From: Podarcis erhardii
Lineage: Eukaryota
DNA length: 64,000 nucleotides
Assembly: GCA_964252035.1 (NCBI GenBank)
Contig: OZ176207.1
Reading direction: 5' to 3' (one strand)
In this document: in pieces, positions 39,173-50,861 of the stretch
How the letters are laid out: each line of letters starts with the position of its first letter
Position numbering within the stretch: the stretch's first letter is position 1
Translations under genes and position numbers: made by a program
Notes under the pieces: model-generated
Databases searched by the model: none
Seen by the model: the letters and a program-made list of their open reading frames with translations, nothing else
What the model was told of the DNA's origin: nothing

Positions 39173-39470
39173 TTTATTATTTATACCCTGCCCATCTGAC
39201 TGGGTTGCCCCAGCCACTCTGGGTGGCTTCCAACATATATAAAACACAATAAAACATTAAACATTTTTTAAAAAAACACTTCTCTATACAAGGCTGCCTT
39301 CAGATGTCTTCTAAAGGTTGTATAGTTACTTATTCTTTGCTCAAGGATTGCATAACTCCAAACTCTCCAACATTCCTCCTGTAAAAATAGGGGCACCCTA
39401 AGGGAAATAATCTACTTTTTTAAAAAAGGGAAACTGGGTAATCTGGGAATTATGGTTCACCGGAGGGGCT
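38709..39470. mobile_element. Second copy of the L2-tail-carrying DNA transposon, with a nested hAT
   Basis: CCAACATTTCTCCAGTGAAAATAGGGATGTTCTATTCCATAA then an L2 tail at the same junction as the 27609 copy. Confidence 0.6.
38762..39131. mobile_element. GC-rich non-autonomous hAT transposon
   Basis: TIRs CATAGGCGCCGACT / AGTCGGCGCCCCTG; 8-bp TSD TCCATAAT / TCCATAAC; CpG-rich, so probably young. Confidence 0.85.
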
Positions 39471-39699
39471 ATTCCTCTCCTCCTATTGATGCCTATAGCC
39501 CATTCCTCATTTTAAAATACGCTTTCAGCAGGTCCTACCTTGGACAATTTGTAATGGTCTATCTGTCAAAGTTTTTATTCAACCTACAATAACATACATT
39601 GGTATACCATTGGCTTTCAATATTCCCTGAAAAGAGCTTGACCGCAGTTCTATGAAAACTCTCATGGGACATGAGTCTCATTGACTGTTGTGCGAGTTA

Positions 39700-40055
39700 A
39701 AGGTAAAGGTACCCCTGCCCGTACAGGCCAGTCTTGCCAGACTCTGGGGTTGTGCGCTCATCTCACTCTATAGGCCGGGAGCCAGCGCTGTCCACAGACA
39801 CTTCCGGGTCCCGTGGCCAGCGTGACGAAGCTGCATCTGGCGAGCCAGCGCAGCACACGGAACGCTGTTTACCTTCCCGCTGGTAAGTGGTCCCTATTTA
39901 TCTACTTGCACCCGGGGGTGCTTTCGAACTGCTAGGTTGGCAGGCGCTGGGACCGAACGACGGGAGCGCACCCCGCCGCGGGGATTCAAACCACTGACCA
40001 TGCAATCGGCAAGTCCTAGGCGCTGAGGTTTTACCCACAGCGCCACCCACGTCCC
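39700..40055 (-). mobile_element. Sauria SINE (variant subfamily), full length
   Basis: TSD CTGTTGTG(C/G)GAGTTA at 39685-39699 and 40056-40070. Confidence 0.93.
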
Positions 40056-40880
40056 CTGTTGTGGGAGTTACTTATATATAAACAGGCTTAGGTTTTGACA
40101 GTTAATTTAATGTGAGAATTCAGATTTGAGCCTTATAGGAGGAAATAGTCAAAAACGTGTCATTTATGGTTCTGGGCATTTCATGGTGGAAGCAAAGACA
40201 TAGACCCATTCTTAGATGTACTCAAGATTAAGTCATGCCCCCCCCCCCCAAAAGAGTAATGTATGATAAAGGCATTTAGTTCCTTTGACATATTATAATA
40301 ATCAGCACACTGAAACACGGTGAGGCAATAGCCTTTCCTAAAGCACTGTTCAGGTGTGCAAACCAAATCATAATGTGGAGCAACTTCATTGCCGAAACAT
40401 CCTGAAGATGGTTATCAATGAAGCAGTCTCCATAATATTGGGAGGCTACCTGAACCCAGTGCATTTTCAAGCATGTTGCATGCTCTTACATGACCAGCTA
40501 AACTATTTTGCTGTATTGCATGTCCCTGAATAACCAACTTTTTCAGGTAAAAGTGGACTGCATATGCACAGAGCAATGAAATAACTAAACCACCAATGCT
40601 TGTAGGAAGCACAGATGAACATGGTTGTGTGTTTGCACCCTCAATATGTGAATGGACTCCATTGCAAAATATGGCATCTGATTTAACATGGGAAGATATG
40701 TGATGTTGGCTCTATGATGGCTCATTGGTGTGAGCAAGTTAACATATGATGCTGCAGTCATTGCAGATCAGCCCTAAGAGTTTTGTGGAGCATAGATTTA
40801 GGAAATGATACTTTAGCTTACTCATTTGATGAGTCAATATTAAAGATTTATTTCCTAAGAGCCAATATTTATTTTAGGTA

Positions 40881-41235
40881 AAAGTAAAGGTAAGGGGACC
40901 CCTGACCATGAGGTCCAGTCACAGACGACTCTGGGGTTGTGGTGCTCATCTCGCTTTACTGGCCAAGGAAGCTGGCATACAGCCTCCGGGTCATGTGGCT
41001 AGCATGACTAAACTGCTTTTGGTGAACCAGAGCAGCACATGGAAACGCCGTTTATCTTCCTGCCAGAGCAGTACCTATTTATCTACTTGCACTGCATGCT
41101 TTCGAACTGCTAGGTGGGCAGGAGCTGGGACCGAACAATGGGAGCTCACCCAGTCGGGCGGATTCGAACTGCCGACCTTCTGATCAGCAAGCCCAAGAGG
41201 CTCAGTGGTTTAGACCACAGCGCCACCCGCGTCCC
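40881..41235 (-). mobile_element. Sauria SINE, full length
   Basis: Consensus-like body; imperfect TSD TTATTTTA(G/A)GTA. Confidence 0.92.
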
Positions 41236-43649
41236 TGCCTTATTTTAAGTAGTAACATTTTTTTAAAAAAGTAAGAGAAGAATGTGCATTATTGTTTTGT
41301 TTTCGGTGACACGTTCTTGCACAGAGTCTGGCAAAGTTCTGAGCAGAGAAAGAACTGCAACTTACCTATGAAAACGCAGTGGTATAATTCACAAGGAAGT
41401 GTACAATTTCTCTGGTTTGAAGTTTGAAAACAAAACAAAACAGTGATTTGTCATGTTTCATATTTCCAAAGCAGTATGTGGTTTGCGTCTTGGGCAGAGT
41501 GTAGAAGTAAAATGTCACATTGTTTATTTCCGTGCCGTTTACTTATCTCAAAAATAGCACAGGGTTTTCGCAAGGATCAGATCTGTCTTTAATAACAGTC
41601 AGAGGAATTCCTTTGCTGGGCACTGGTGTTTTTACATCGGCCATGTGATCTGGAAAGAAAGGAAGTTAAATCCCTTTTGACAATTTTGTCATAACCAGGG
41701 GAAAAAAGTCATCTGAAACAGCAGCCTTGTTTCCTAATAAAATAAAGAAATTCATTTTTATGATTTCAGTCATATGCCAACTTTTTTAAAAAGGCACCAT
41801 TAGATGAAAAGGAAAGATAGAGACAGACAAAAAGCATCTAAGAATATGATCATAAGCTTTCACTTAGAGACATGAGGAAAACCAGCTTGCTTATGTCAGC
41901 AACTCAGCCTTACCTCCCCAACCCCACCTTCATTGTCAAATGCGTGATCAAAGCACCGTCCTATCTAAAAAGCAAGCTGAACCGTCAAAAGTTTTCCCCA
42001 CTATTACAGACCTGTAAGGCCCAATTTAAAAGAATAAGGACCTAATACCTTGACTGATAAAAATCTTAGCACGTCAGCAAGAATTTCTGCTTCACATATA
42101 CTGTACTTCTGCTCAGCTTCTAATTTTCAAAGCAAATATTGGTAATCGGTAAATCCTGTTCTTCTTGTTGTTGTTTTTAAAGAAAAATCAAGATAAAACC
42201 AAAATGGTGACATCACCAACATTTAATCTTCATTCATGAAAATATCCTTTTTATTCCCTTTCAGTTCTACTTGCTGCTGCTCATTGACAGATTCTGTTAA
42301 CTGTTAATATCATTTCTACATTTTTTGTGCAATACATAGCCCAATGATGGTTAAGTTCCTAAGACTGGGTTGGGTTTCTCTTGTCCGTAATATTACAGCC
42401 AGGCTCTGAAACATAGGCAGGATAATGTGATATTTTTTAAATAGGAAAATCCCAAAATGGTATGAGGCATGAGATTCCAGTGGATGTATCACACGACAAA
42501 CTATCAACATCAACTTAACTGGAATGGCTTCCTCCCTCAAAGAATTCTGGGAATTCTAGTTTCATGAGAGTGTTGCTCATTCTCTGTTAGGCTTCTTGGG
42601 GTTCTCAGTGGAGTCAGAATGACTATTAAACCAACCTTAACTGTGTAATCCATAGATACCTGCAATGGTGTTGCTGTTATTTTGCTATTTGCTAAGACTG
42701 CTCGCAAGAGGTTCCTCTCCCCCATGGATGCTCATGCTGTTTATCACCTGCAATGCATTCTGCGCACTTGGTCAACATGTGCTCAGGTCCCCAACCTCTG
42801 AGATTTATGATCTTGTCGCCTAGCCTCATTCCTATAGTTACCGCCGAGCTTGTACACAGGCACCTTCAGTGACGGCATCTTCCAAACAGTTCCACTGGAC
42901 TTTCCAGGTCTGCTTATGCTTGCCTTGGAGAGGAGTCAAAGTGGTGTCCACACCACACCACACACATCACCACCGCTGCTGCTTTCTTCCTAGCAGAGAA
43001 GAATAGTGTGGTTGTGCGTCCATTCTGTGCCAGCTCAGAAACCCTGCTGTAATGTTTCTCAGTTTTTTGAGGTGTTATTCAGCTCTAACAGTCATGCCAG
43101 CACAACAACATTTAGCTCCGCCGTGTAACTTCGCTACCCTCTTCTCCCCCAGTACACACTCCAACAGTCCCTCTTTTAATGGGACATTCCTGGAATTACA
43201 GAAGCTATCCCAGCTTCTGGTTTGAGCCTGCAGTATCACAGGGATGAGCCAGCACTTGCAGCTGGTGCTGGCGCTGGCGCTGGCGCTTGCAGTGGTGCCA
43301 CTGGCTTGGGCGAGAGCGCGGCAACCAAAGATGCATGTATTTTGGTGTTGTGCAGGTCCGCAGGCTTGCAAGAGAGTACAGAACCAAAAGACACATGTAT
43401 TTTAGTGCTGTGATCTCGGATCCTGATTTTTGTCTGGGGAATGTTGACTGGTATGCCACTGTGCCCTGGGGGAGACCCCAGAACAGATTTAGGAGTTCAA
43501 AGAAGTTGCATGGGAAAAGGAGAGCCATTGCGCTAGTGTCCCTCTTTAGATGATATAGTCCATAATTTTTAATATTTATACACTGATTCATAGCCAATCT
43601 AAGTTTCTGACCTTTTTTGAATTTTTAAATGATTGTGTGTGTTTTTTAA

Positions 43650-43694
<45 letters not shown>
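43650..43694. repeat. (AAT)n microsatellite
   Basis: Direct reading. Confidence 0.95.
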
Positions 43695-43696
<2 letters not shown>

Positions 43697-44411
43697 TATC
43701 AACACACACCCCTTGCTGGGTTTCCTTGCACATTTTGCCAATTTGCCGAAAATCTTCACAGACACCATTTTCCTGCCCATTTCCTGGACATTTGGCAGCC
43801 CTATGATCACACAACTGCTACTCCATAAGATATTCCATTATAACTAAGTATCTAGTCCATATGGCTGAGGACGTACGTCATCAATACAAAAAACTGAGGT
43901 GGAGGAAGGAATTTCCGGTGGTCAGGGTGTGACTTTTCAGTGCAGAGCTTATTGCCTCATAGTGACTAGAAGTACATAAATAAGGCTATAGGTTCTGTAC
44001 ACACAAGCTGGGAACAAGCTCCATTCAACACAGCAGGATTTTCTTCTGAGTAAATGAAGCATAATTTTTACAGGTTGCAGAACAAGATCTCTGATACAGA
44101 AAGCACAACTAAATTAATTCCCAGGAGTTTATGCCTCTTAAAAACTGTAAAAGTTACTTTGTGCGGTGGAGAGGGGAATGAGTGCCAGACTTAAAAAGAG
44201 CTACTACTGGAAAATTAAATAGGTTCTCAGGCTACCTAATCATAATAGTCTTTCAAATGTGGAATAACTGAGGGGGAAATTTGTATGTAAGAATATTAGT
44301 TATTCCACCCGCTAGGAACAGCATTCCAATGGAAGCCTTCTGCTCTCCCACTGAGAAAAAAAATTAGGCAAGATGCCTTTGCTTACTTTTCTAATCACAC
44401 TGAGCAAGGCT

Positions 44412-44416
<5 letters not shown>

Positions 44417-44453
<37 letters not shown>
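44417..44453. repeat. (CA)n microsatellite
   Basis: Direct reading. Confidence 0.95.
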
Positions 44454-44455
<2 letters not shown>

Positions 44456-44709
44456 GATTAATGCCATAAATACAGCTTCAGCCATATTAATAGTGTTTTA
44501 GTGTTTGGAACTCGCTTAATTGTTCATGGAGCAAAACATTGGAAGCAAAATGCACGGCACAACAGGAAGATTGTGTGAGCTTGGAGTCTTTTTTTAAACT
44601 TTGCCAAATAATCCAAATACTTTGGAAATCTCTGCAGGGGTGATCCTGTTCCCATATGTCACCTCCCCAAGGTTTTGCTGATGTGAGCACCCTTTATATA
44701 TTTTTCAGA

Positions 44710-44913
44710 CAGGACTGGCTCACTGATGTAGCAAGGTGAGGCTGCAGCCTTAGGCAGCAGGATCCACAGGGCAGCAGATCTTGACGTAGATCTTTATTCT
44801 CCCTTCATTCCAGATGTCAATCTTCACTTCCTCCCTTCTTCCCTGGGAGGGAGGGAGAGAGGCAGATATTTTGTGGTTCGCCTCAGGTGCCAAAATGTCC
44901 TGGGCTGGTGCTG
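44710..44913. mobile_element. hAT (Tip100-like) MITE
   Basis: Ends CAGGACTGGCTC / GGGCTGGTGCTG; 8-bp TSD TTTTCAGA / TTTTCAGG. Confidence 0.65.
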
Positions 44914-45411
44914 TTTTCAGGGATTATCCTTCATAACATGGGGGAAACATAAGATGGGAAGTCCAGTTGCATGGATCTAATGCAAAGGTGGATCTTTGAG
45001 TCCTGCTGCTACAGAGGCCTGCCTGGGGTAGGGGCCAACCATGATTCTTCAGAAGTCAACTTATTTCTGAGTAAATATGCTCAGCATCCACTTCAGTTTA
45101 ATATGAAAGGACGCTGGTTCCAGAAGCAAAGTCCTTATATTCAGACATCACTCCATCTATATTTAAGGGTTCTGATACTGATTGGCTGAGCTGCTGTGAT
45201 GCTCAGAGGGTTCACCATCCGTCTTCTGTGAAGCAGGACAGTTGGGGTGGATCTACAAAGAGGAAAAAAATGCTACAAATAAGTCAAAAATTAAATCATT
45301 ATAACAAAAGAAGAAAAACACTCTGTAAAATTGCAAAGAATTATTTTTTGTTCTCTAGCACCGTCTGGAGTTGCATGTTTATAACACATTCAAAGCTCTG
45401 TTTTTGGAGTA

Positions 45412-45638
45412 CACTGGTACCTTGGTTCTCGAATGTAATCTGTTCCAGAATTCCGTTTGACTTCCGAAATGTTTGAAAACCAAGGCACGGCTTCCAATTT
45501 GCTCAGGCGCCCTGGAAACAACAGCCGACAACTGCATCGGACGTTCAGCTTCCAAAAAACGTTTGAAAACCAGAACACACACTTCTGGGTTTTTGGCATT
45601 TGGGAGTACCAAGGTGTTCAAGAACCAAGGTTCCACTG
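45412..45638. mobile_element. Tigger-like MITE (third subfamily)
   Basis: Ends CACTGGTACCTTGGTTCTCGAA / AAGAACCAAGGTTCCACTG; TA on left flank. Confidence 0.75.
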
Positions 45639-46546
45639 CAATGTAGCTGAGTCCTCAGTCATATAGAGTGGGATTCAGTGTTGAATTATCCCAATCATTC
45701 TGTCTGCACAAGCTCCCATGTTCTGGGGGCTTCTCCTGACTCCCCCCCCCATCAATTTTGGGGTACACGGAAGAAGGAAAGGAGGGGGAAGCCCCATTGT
45801 GCAAGCAGAAGTCCTTGCATGGGGCTTCCACTGACAGGGCAGGTTAGGTGAATCCCAATCCGAGAGGGCCCCAGAAGATAGGAAATTTTAAGAAGAGAAG
45901 CAGTGAGCCCAGAGACAAGGTGGCCAAGGCAATGGGGCAGAGCAAGCAGCTGACCGATATATGGCAGAAGCTAGTCTGTTGAGAGTGAATGGGACACAGT
46001 GCCACCAACTCCTCCTTTGTCTCAGTGTGGCCCTTGTAGAACTCAGCCGGGAGGAATATGGTAGCAAAAGTAGACTTAATTGGCTCTGTCTGTCCTTGGC
46101 TCTGGCTGTATCTGTTGTTGGGAGTAATTGCATTCTGCCCGATTAGTCCCAGCCAATGCTGGTGATGTACATCATCTTGAGGAAACAGCAGGTAGGAAGA
46201 ACAGAGGATGGAGGAAGAAACATGCAAACTGGGAACTAGAGAGCTTGAAGAGTTGCAGAGAAGGTACAATACTTTCTCTCACCTATGTCTGCTACTATCC
46301 CTGCAGCACTGCGGGCATTAAGGGCGCAAAGGGGATCGCTCTCTTTTTTAAAGGAGAGGTATGGGGTACTGAATTTTATGCATTAAATTTACAATAAACC
46401 TTTCTTACTACATTATAATGTGCATTTTAAAAAATGCTGACATGTTTGTTACTGGAACACTTGCCTCTCATCAATGAGAATTTCCACCTTCCCATTCCTC
46501 CCGATGAGGAATTCCATGTGACTCAAAAGCTTGTGTACACCGCTTA

Positions 46547-46713
46547 CCATATTTTTTCCGTGTATAAGACGCCCCTGTGTGTAAGACGCCCGCTATTTTT
46601 GGGGACTCAAAATTAAGAAAATGCACTATGCGCTATCTGCGTATAAGACGACCCCTTATTTCAAACTTCAAAAATTTAGGAAAAAATATAGTCTTATACA
46701 CAGAAAAATACAG
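46547..46713. mobile_element. Tc2/Kanga-like Tc1-mariner MITE
   Basis: TIRs CCATATTTTTTCCGTGTATAAGAC / GTCTTATACACAGAAAAATACAG; TA TSDs. Confidence 0.8.
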
Positions 46714-48687
46714 TAATTCTTAAAATGATTGGTGCTTGGATCCAGTCCTCTGATGAGAAAGCCTTGCTCCCTACTCCTAGATGTGAGGGAACAGCTGTTA
46801 ACTCATCTTAGCAAGGGAAGGCACTCTGTGCACACTCAAGAAACACCACAGTTGCTACCATTAGATGTATTTAAAGACAATACATTGCTTCTCTTTTATT
46901 CTCCAGAATCTGCACGCTGCATTTAAGGCCAAAGACAATAACCTCCTCCGGCTTACTCCTTATGAGCGAAATAGACCCCATGCAAACTGAAAAGTCCAAA
47001 CCCCTGACGATTATACCCATCACACAAGAGTTTGACAGATGTTGCTAAACGGGATAATGCAAACAGTCTGCCCTTTCAGACCAATCCACATCAATCTGAG
47101 GTAATGGTTTAAATGCTGTAAATATCCATTTGATACTTTTACCATAGTATAAACAATTTTTAACCATTCTCATATACTTATGAGGTTTCCAAAAGACCAT
47201 GAGGATTTATTTACTTCCTGTAAAACAACAGGAATTCTTAATCCTGTCAACAGATTACAGAACTGTTTTCTCTTTGGAGGTTGGGTGGAGGGGGGAGGGG
47301 GAGGGAGAGAGTTCTTTGTGAAATGCTGCCATCTATAGGTGCTTTGGCAATTTAGCAGGCTCATAGGATACAGAGGTATCCGATGGCTACCTCACAACAC
47401 AGCTTAATAAATGAGACTATTCTTGATCAATAAAAAGAAATATGAATCGCAGTCTTGGCTGGAAGAGAGATGTCATAAACAACAAGCTGATATCAAGATT
47501 CGAGCTGTGCTCAACTTGTGTTTGACAAATGTGTCACAAACATTTTTCCAAGCTCACAAAAATGTCTTCTCCTTTATTTATCTACTTGGAAGGGGGAAAA
47601 AGAACTTTTTCAGCACTCCTGGTGGAAATATTTGCTCTGTTCCTACTTGTGTTCAGTGACACATCATCACATAACCCCAATATGGTCGGGACTGTGATGC
47701 CATCCTACTTATTCACTGCATTCTTGTAATTGGGTCGGATCACCCATGTGACTAGTCCAGGGAAAAGAACAAGCTGGGTTTGGGTGCATAGCCTAGATGA
47801 TCTCCAACTAAGTTCTACTCAAAGTAGACCAGAATTAATGGACCTAAATTAATCCTGCCCATTTGTTTCAATGTATCTGCTCTGACCTACAACCCTTAAG
47901 TGATTCTCAGTGGTGGTGGGGATATTTGCACCTCTGAAATCTAGGTTCTTCCTCCCCCCCAAAAAAAAAGTTGAAATTGAGGATCACCCAGGGCTATACT
48001 AGTTGAGACTGCTGAATAAATGAAGGAGGTGGGGTACCTTGTTATTTAAAGCAGCATTTGATGAGAGGCCTTATTTCTTTGAGGTCTGTAGCTACTAGCA
48101 TAGTACAATTAACTCTTTTAAAAGTAAGAAGAACTCATGTAAGGTCCTGCTTTCTGGGTTGTTTTTTTCTCCTCGTCAGCAGTCCTAATGAGAAAGTCAT
48201 TGTAACCTCCCACTATTTAAGACCATTCTGCCTAGGAGTCCATCATGTGTTCAGCTCCACCAGCAGAATGCTGAGCAAGCAGTTTATATATAAACAATCA
48301 TTTTGCTTATTTTATATTTGATTTTGAAGCAAATGTTCTAAATTAACATCCTACACCTTAAAACCCCACAGTTTATAGGAGAGGGTGTTCTCTTCAAAGA
48401 GAGTGTCTTCCTAGTGGTGGCACCTCACTTCTGAGCTGGTTCATGTGACACTGCTCTTTCAGCTCCAGGGAAATCCAGCATTCCATTCTGCTCATAAAAT
48501 AGCTGTTCCTCTAGTGGAGGTATCTGCTTATGTAAAAAGGGGGGTGATGTGATTTTCTTTGATTTTCCCCTTGCTGTTCTGGATGCTCCGACAAATCTGT
48601 AAACAGATATTTGGATGGTGCAGAGAATTATAGCAGGCAGGTTGAAAATCATGGCCTTTTCTTGTGTTGGTAGCTCAAAAACCATTA

Positions 48688-48890
48688 CAGTGGTACCTCG
48701 GGTTAAGAACTTAATTCGTTTTGGAGGTCTGTTCTTAACCTGAAACGGTTCTTAACCTGAGGTACCACTTCCGCTGCTGCCGCACCACAGCCGCACGATT
48801 TCTGTTCTCATCCTGAAGCAATGTTTTTAACCCGAGGTACTATTTTTGGGTTAGCAGAGTCTAAAGCATCTGTAACCTGAGGTACCACTG
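48688..48890. mobile_element. Tigger/pogo-like MITE
   Basis: CAGTGGTACCTC TIRs; TA TSDs. Confidence 0.9.
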
Positions 48891-48917
48891 TATACAAGTA
48901 AAATAACTTCTTTGGAT

Positions 48918-48965
48918 TTAAGTCCAGTCGCGAACGACTCTGGGGTTGCGGCGCTCATCTCAATT
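48918..48965 (-). mobile_element. Sauria SINE internal fragment
   Basis: AGTCCAGTCGCGAACGACTCTGGGGTTGCGGCGCTCATCTC. Confidence 0.75.
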
Positions 48966-48978
48966 TAGTTAATGGTAA

Positions 48979-49034
48979 GTCATAGAATCATAGACTTTTA
49001 GAGTTGAAAGGGCTCACAAGGGTTATCTTGTCCC
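48979..49034 (-). mobile_element. CR1 3' tail fragment
   Basis: CATAGAATCATAGA...GAGTTGAAAGGG is the reverse complement of the CR1 (ATTCTATG)n tail. Confidence 0.65.
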
Positions 49035-49037
49035 AAT

Positions 49038-49345
49038 TTATACCCCACCCATCTGGCTGGGTTTCTCCAGCCACTCTGGGCGGCTGCCAATAGAATATTA
49101 AAAACATAATAAATACATCAAACATTAAAAACTTCCCTAAACAGGGCTGCCTTCAGAGCTACTACTGCTTGAGGATTCTGCCTCCAATGCCCTCTGGTCC
49201 AGAGCCATAACACTATCCTAGGGATACTGGTCAAAAGACCAAACACAAACAATGAAAACGTCCTATCTCCGGCTGTTGCCACCTCAGAAGGTGGGGACAT
49301 ACAAAGAAGACTCTCAGATGAGAACCTTAACGGGCTAGTATGGGA
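49038..49345 (-). mobile_element. L2 LINE 3' fragments (interrupted)
   Basis: TATACCCCACCCATCTGGCTGGGTTTCTCCAGCC...CAGGGCTGCCTTCAG, plus a degenerate internal piece near 49255-49345. Confidence 0.75.
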
Positions 49346-49890
49346 AAAGTTGGTCTCACCAATCTTCCAGATTAGTAGTGGAAAGGTGTATGTTGTGCCT
49401 TGCTATTATGCTCCCATGTGCAGCTGCCCACATTGTGCTAACAGCATCAACAGAAGCATCTGCCATGTACCTGCATTAGGAATTGCACATGGACCAGCAG
49501 GAAGAAGTCCAGAGGTGTAACATCTTTTCCAACAAAAAGCCAGAAAGGACTCTACCTCTTTAGGTGAAACTGTAACCAACTCTTTCATACAAAGCCTAAA
49601 TACTAGTCAAAGTTTAAAATCTATCTTTAAAAAAGAACGATTCAATAATATGGTGGATAAAACAATTGGGAAGTTACTCTCATATGTGGTGGTGATGTCC
49701 TTCAGCACAGAAATACTGAAAATGGTTCCAAAATTAATATTACGTTATGAAAATAGGATAAGATCCCTTACTACTGCTGTTAAATTATACACCTCAATCA
49801 GTAAACAGAGAATATAGTGAATTGATTTCTTATATGGTAGTAGCCGCAAGATTGTTGTTTGTTGAAAAAAATGGAAAGCTCAAATCTTAC

Positions 49891-50861
49891 TGGAGAGCAG
49901 TGGTAATGACCGCTCCCCACTTAAAACGGGGGCGCCCTTTGCGTGGACGCATGCAGCCCTGGATCTGGAGTGGCCCCATCAGCATAGGCTTTGCCTTCCC
50001 TCAGGTAGGATACCTGGAGGTCCCCGCCTACCCCAGTGAGTTGTCCAATCCCACCTGGGGGAAGCGTTGCCAGGGAAACCAGGCCAGGTAGGGGGAGGGA
50101 TTACCTGCCCACACAATAGAGGTTGGATCTAATTCTGGTCCGAACTTCTGCCACGCTTGCATTGGCGTGGCAACATCAAACCCACTAGACTTAATTACAC
50201 CGTTGAAAAAATCAATAAGGCAGTGCGCTCTGCAATCACTCGCATGGGAGGTCGGGTCGCAAAACACCCCAACATTAAAGTCTACATGAAGGAGCTATTT
50301 CGGCCCGATGGCGTGCACCTATCGGACCGTGGTAACGAGCGTTGGCTGAGCGACATCAGGCATGGCCTGATTGACTGGTTGGAGGATGGCAAAGGGGATT
50401 TTCAGATGTAGGTAGTCTTGGCGGCGAGACCGCAATCTTTGAGGTCTCGGGTGGCGGTATCAGGCCTTGGGCGGAATCCTTTAGTCCATCTTCCTCTTTG
50501 CGGCAGCGATACCAGGGTTCCCCGTTAAAGGGGTTTTTGAAGGGAGGCTTTGGCCGTACGCTGAAAGGTCGTCATTGCTCTCCCCTGCGGCGGAGTAACG
50601 GGGGCGGCTATCTCTGCTTGAACATATGTTCTCCAGAGCCGGCCCATCCCCCCCACACACACTGGATAACCCTGATGCTCCCTAGGTCCCCGGCTGGGGA
50701 CTGGGGAGGGAGAACGCCCAATGCCTGAGCCAAGGTCTACCCACATTTGAAATTTAATAAAGTTGTGGCCAATTTAATCCCATAGCACGTTGTCTAGAGT
50801 CGTTATTCCACATGACGGGGGGGACCACTCGGGATCTGGGGACTCCGCCTGTCCGCGCAAT
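49891..50861 (+). mobile_element. Internally deleted DIRS/Ngaro-type tyrosine-recombinase retrotransposon
   Basis: CpG-rich insert with an SGNH hydrolase C-terminal ORF followed by a 3' region ending AATAAAGTTGTGGCC...; matches the 16797 fragment. Confidence 0.72.
50133..50411 (+). pseudogene. Truncated SGNH/GDSL hydrolase ORF of the Ngaro-like element
   Basis: FWSELLPRLHWRG...KINKAVR...HPNI...LFRPDGVHLSDRGNERWL; DGVHL is the SGNH block V DxxH motif; in-frame stop immediately upstream at 50130. Confidence 0.75.

Noticed and set aside
43323-43412. Imperfect ~30-bp direct repeat pair (AACCAAAGATGCATGTATTTTGGTGTTGTG)
   Set aside because: Only two degenerate units, inside a probable TE; not a CRISPR array or other structured array.
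45844-46269. 141-aa minus ORF with a plausible acceptor
   Set aside because: No recognisable domain and an ambiguous donor; cannot be supported without homology data.
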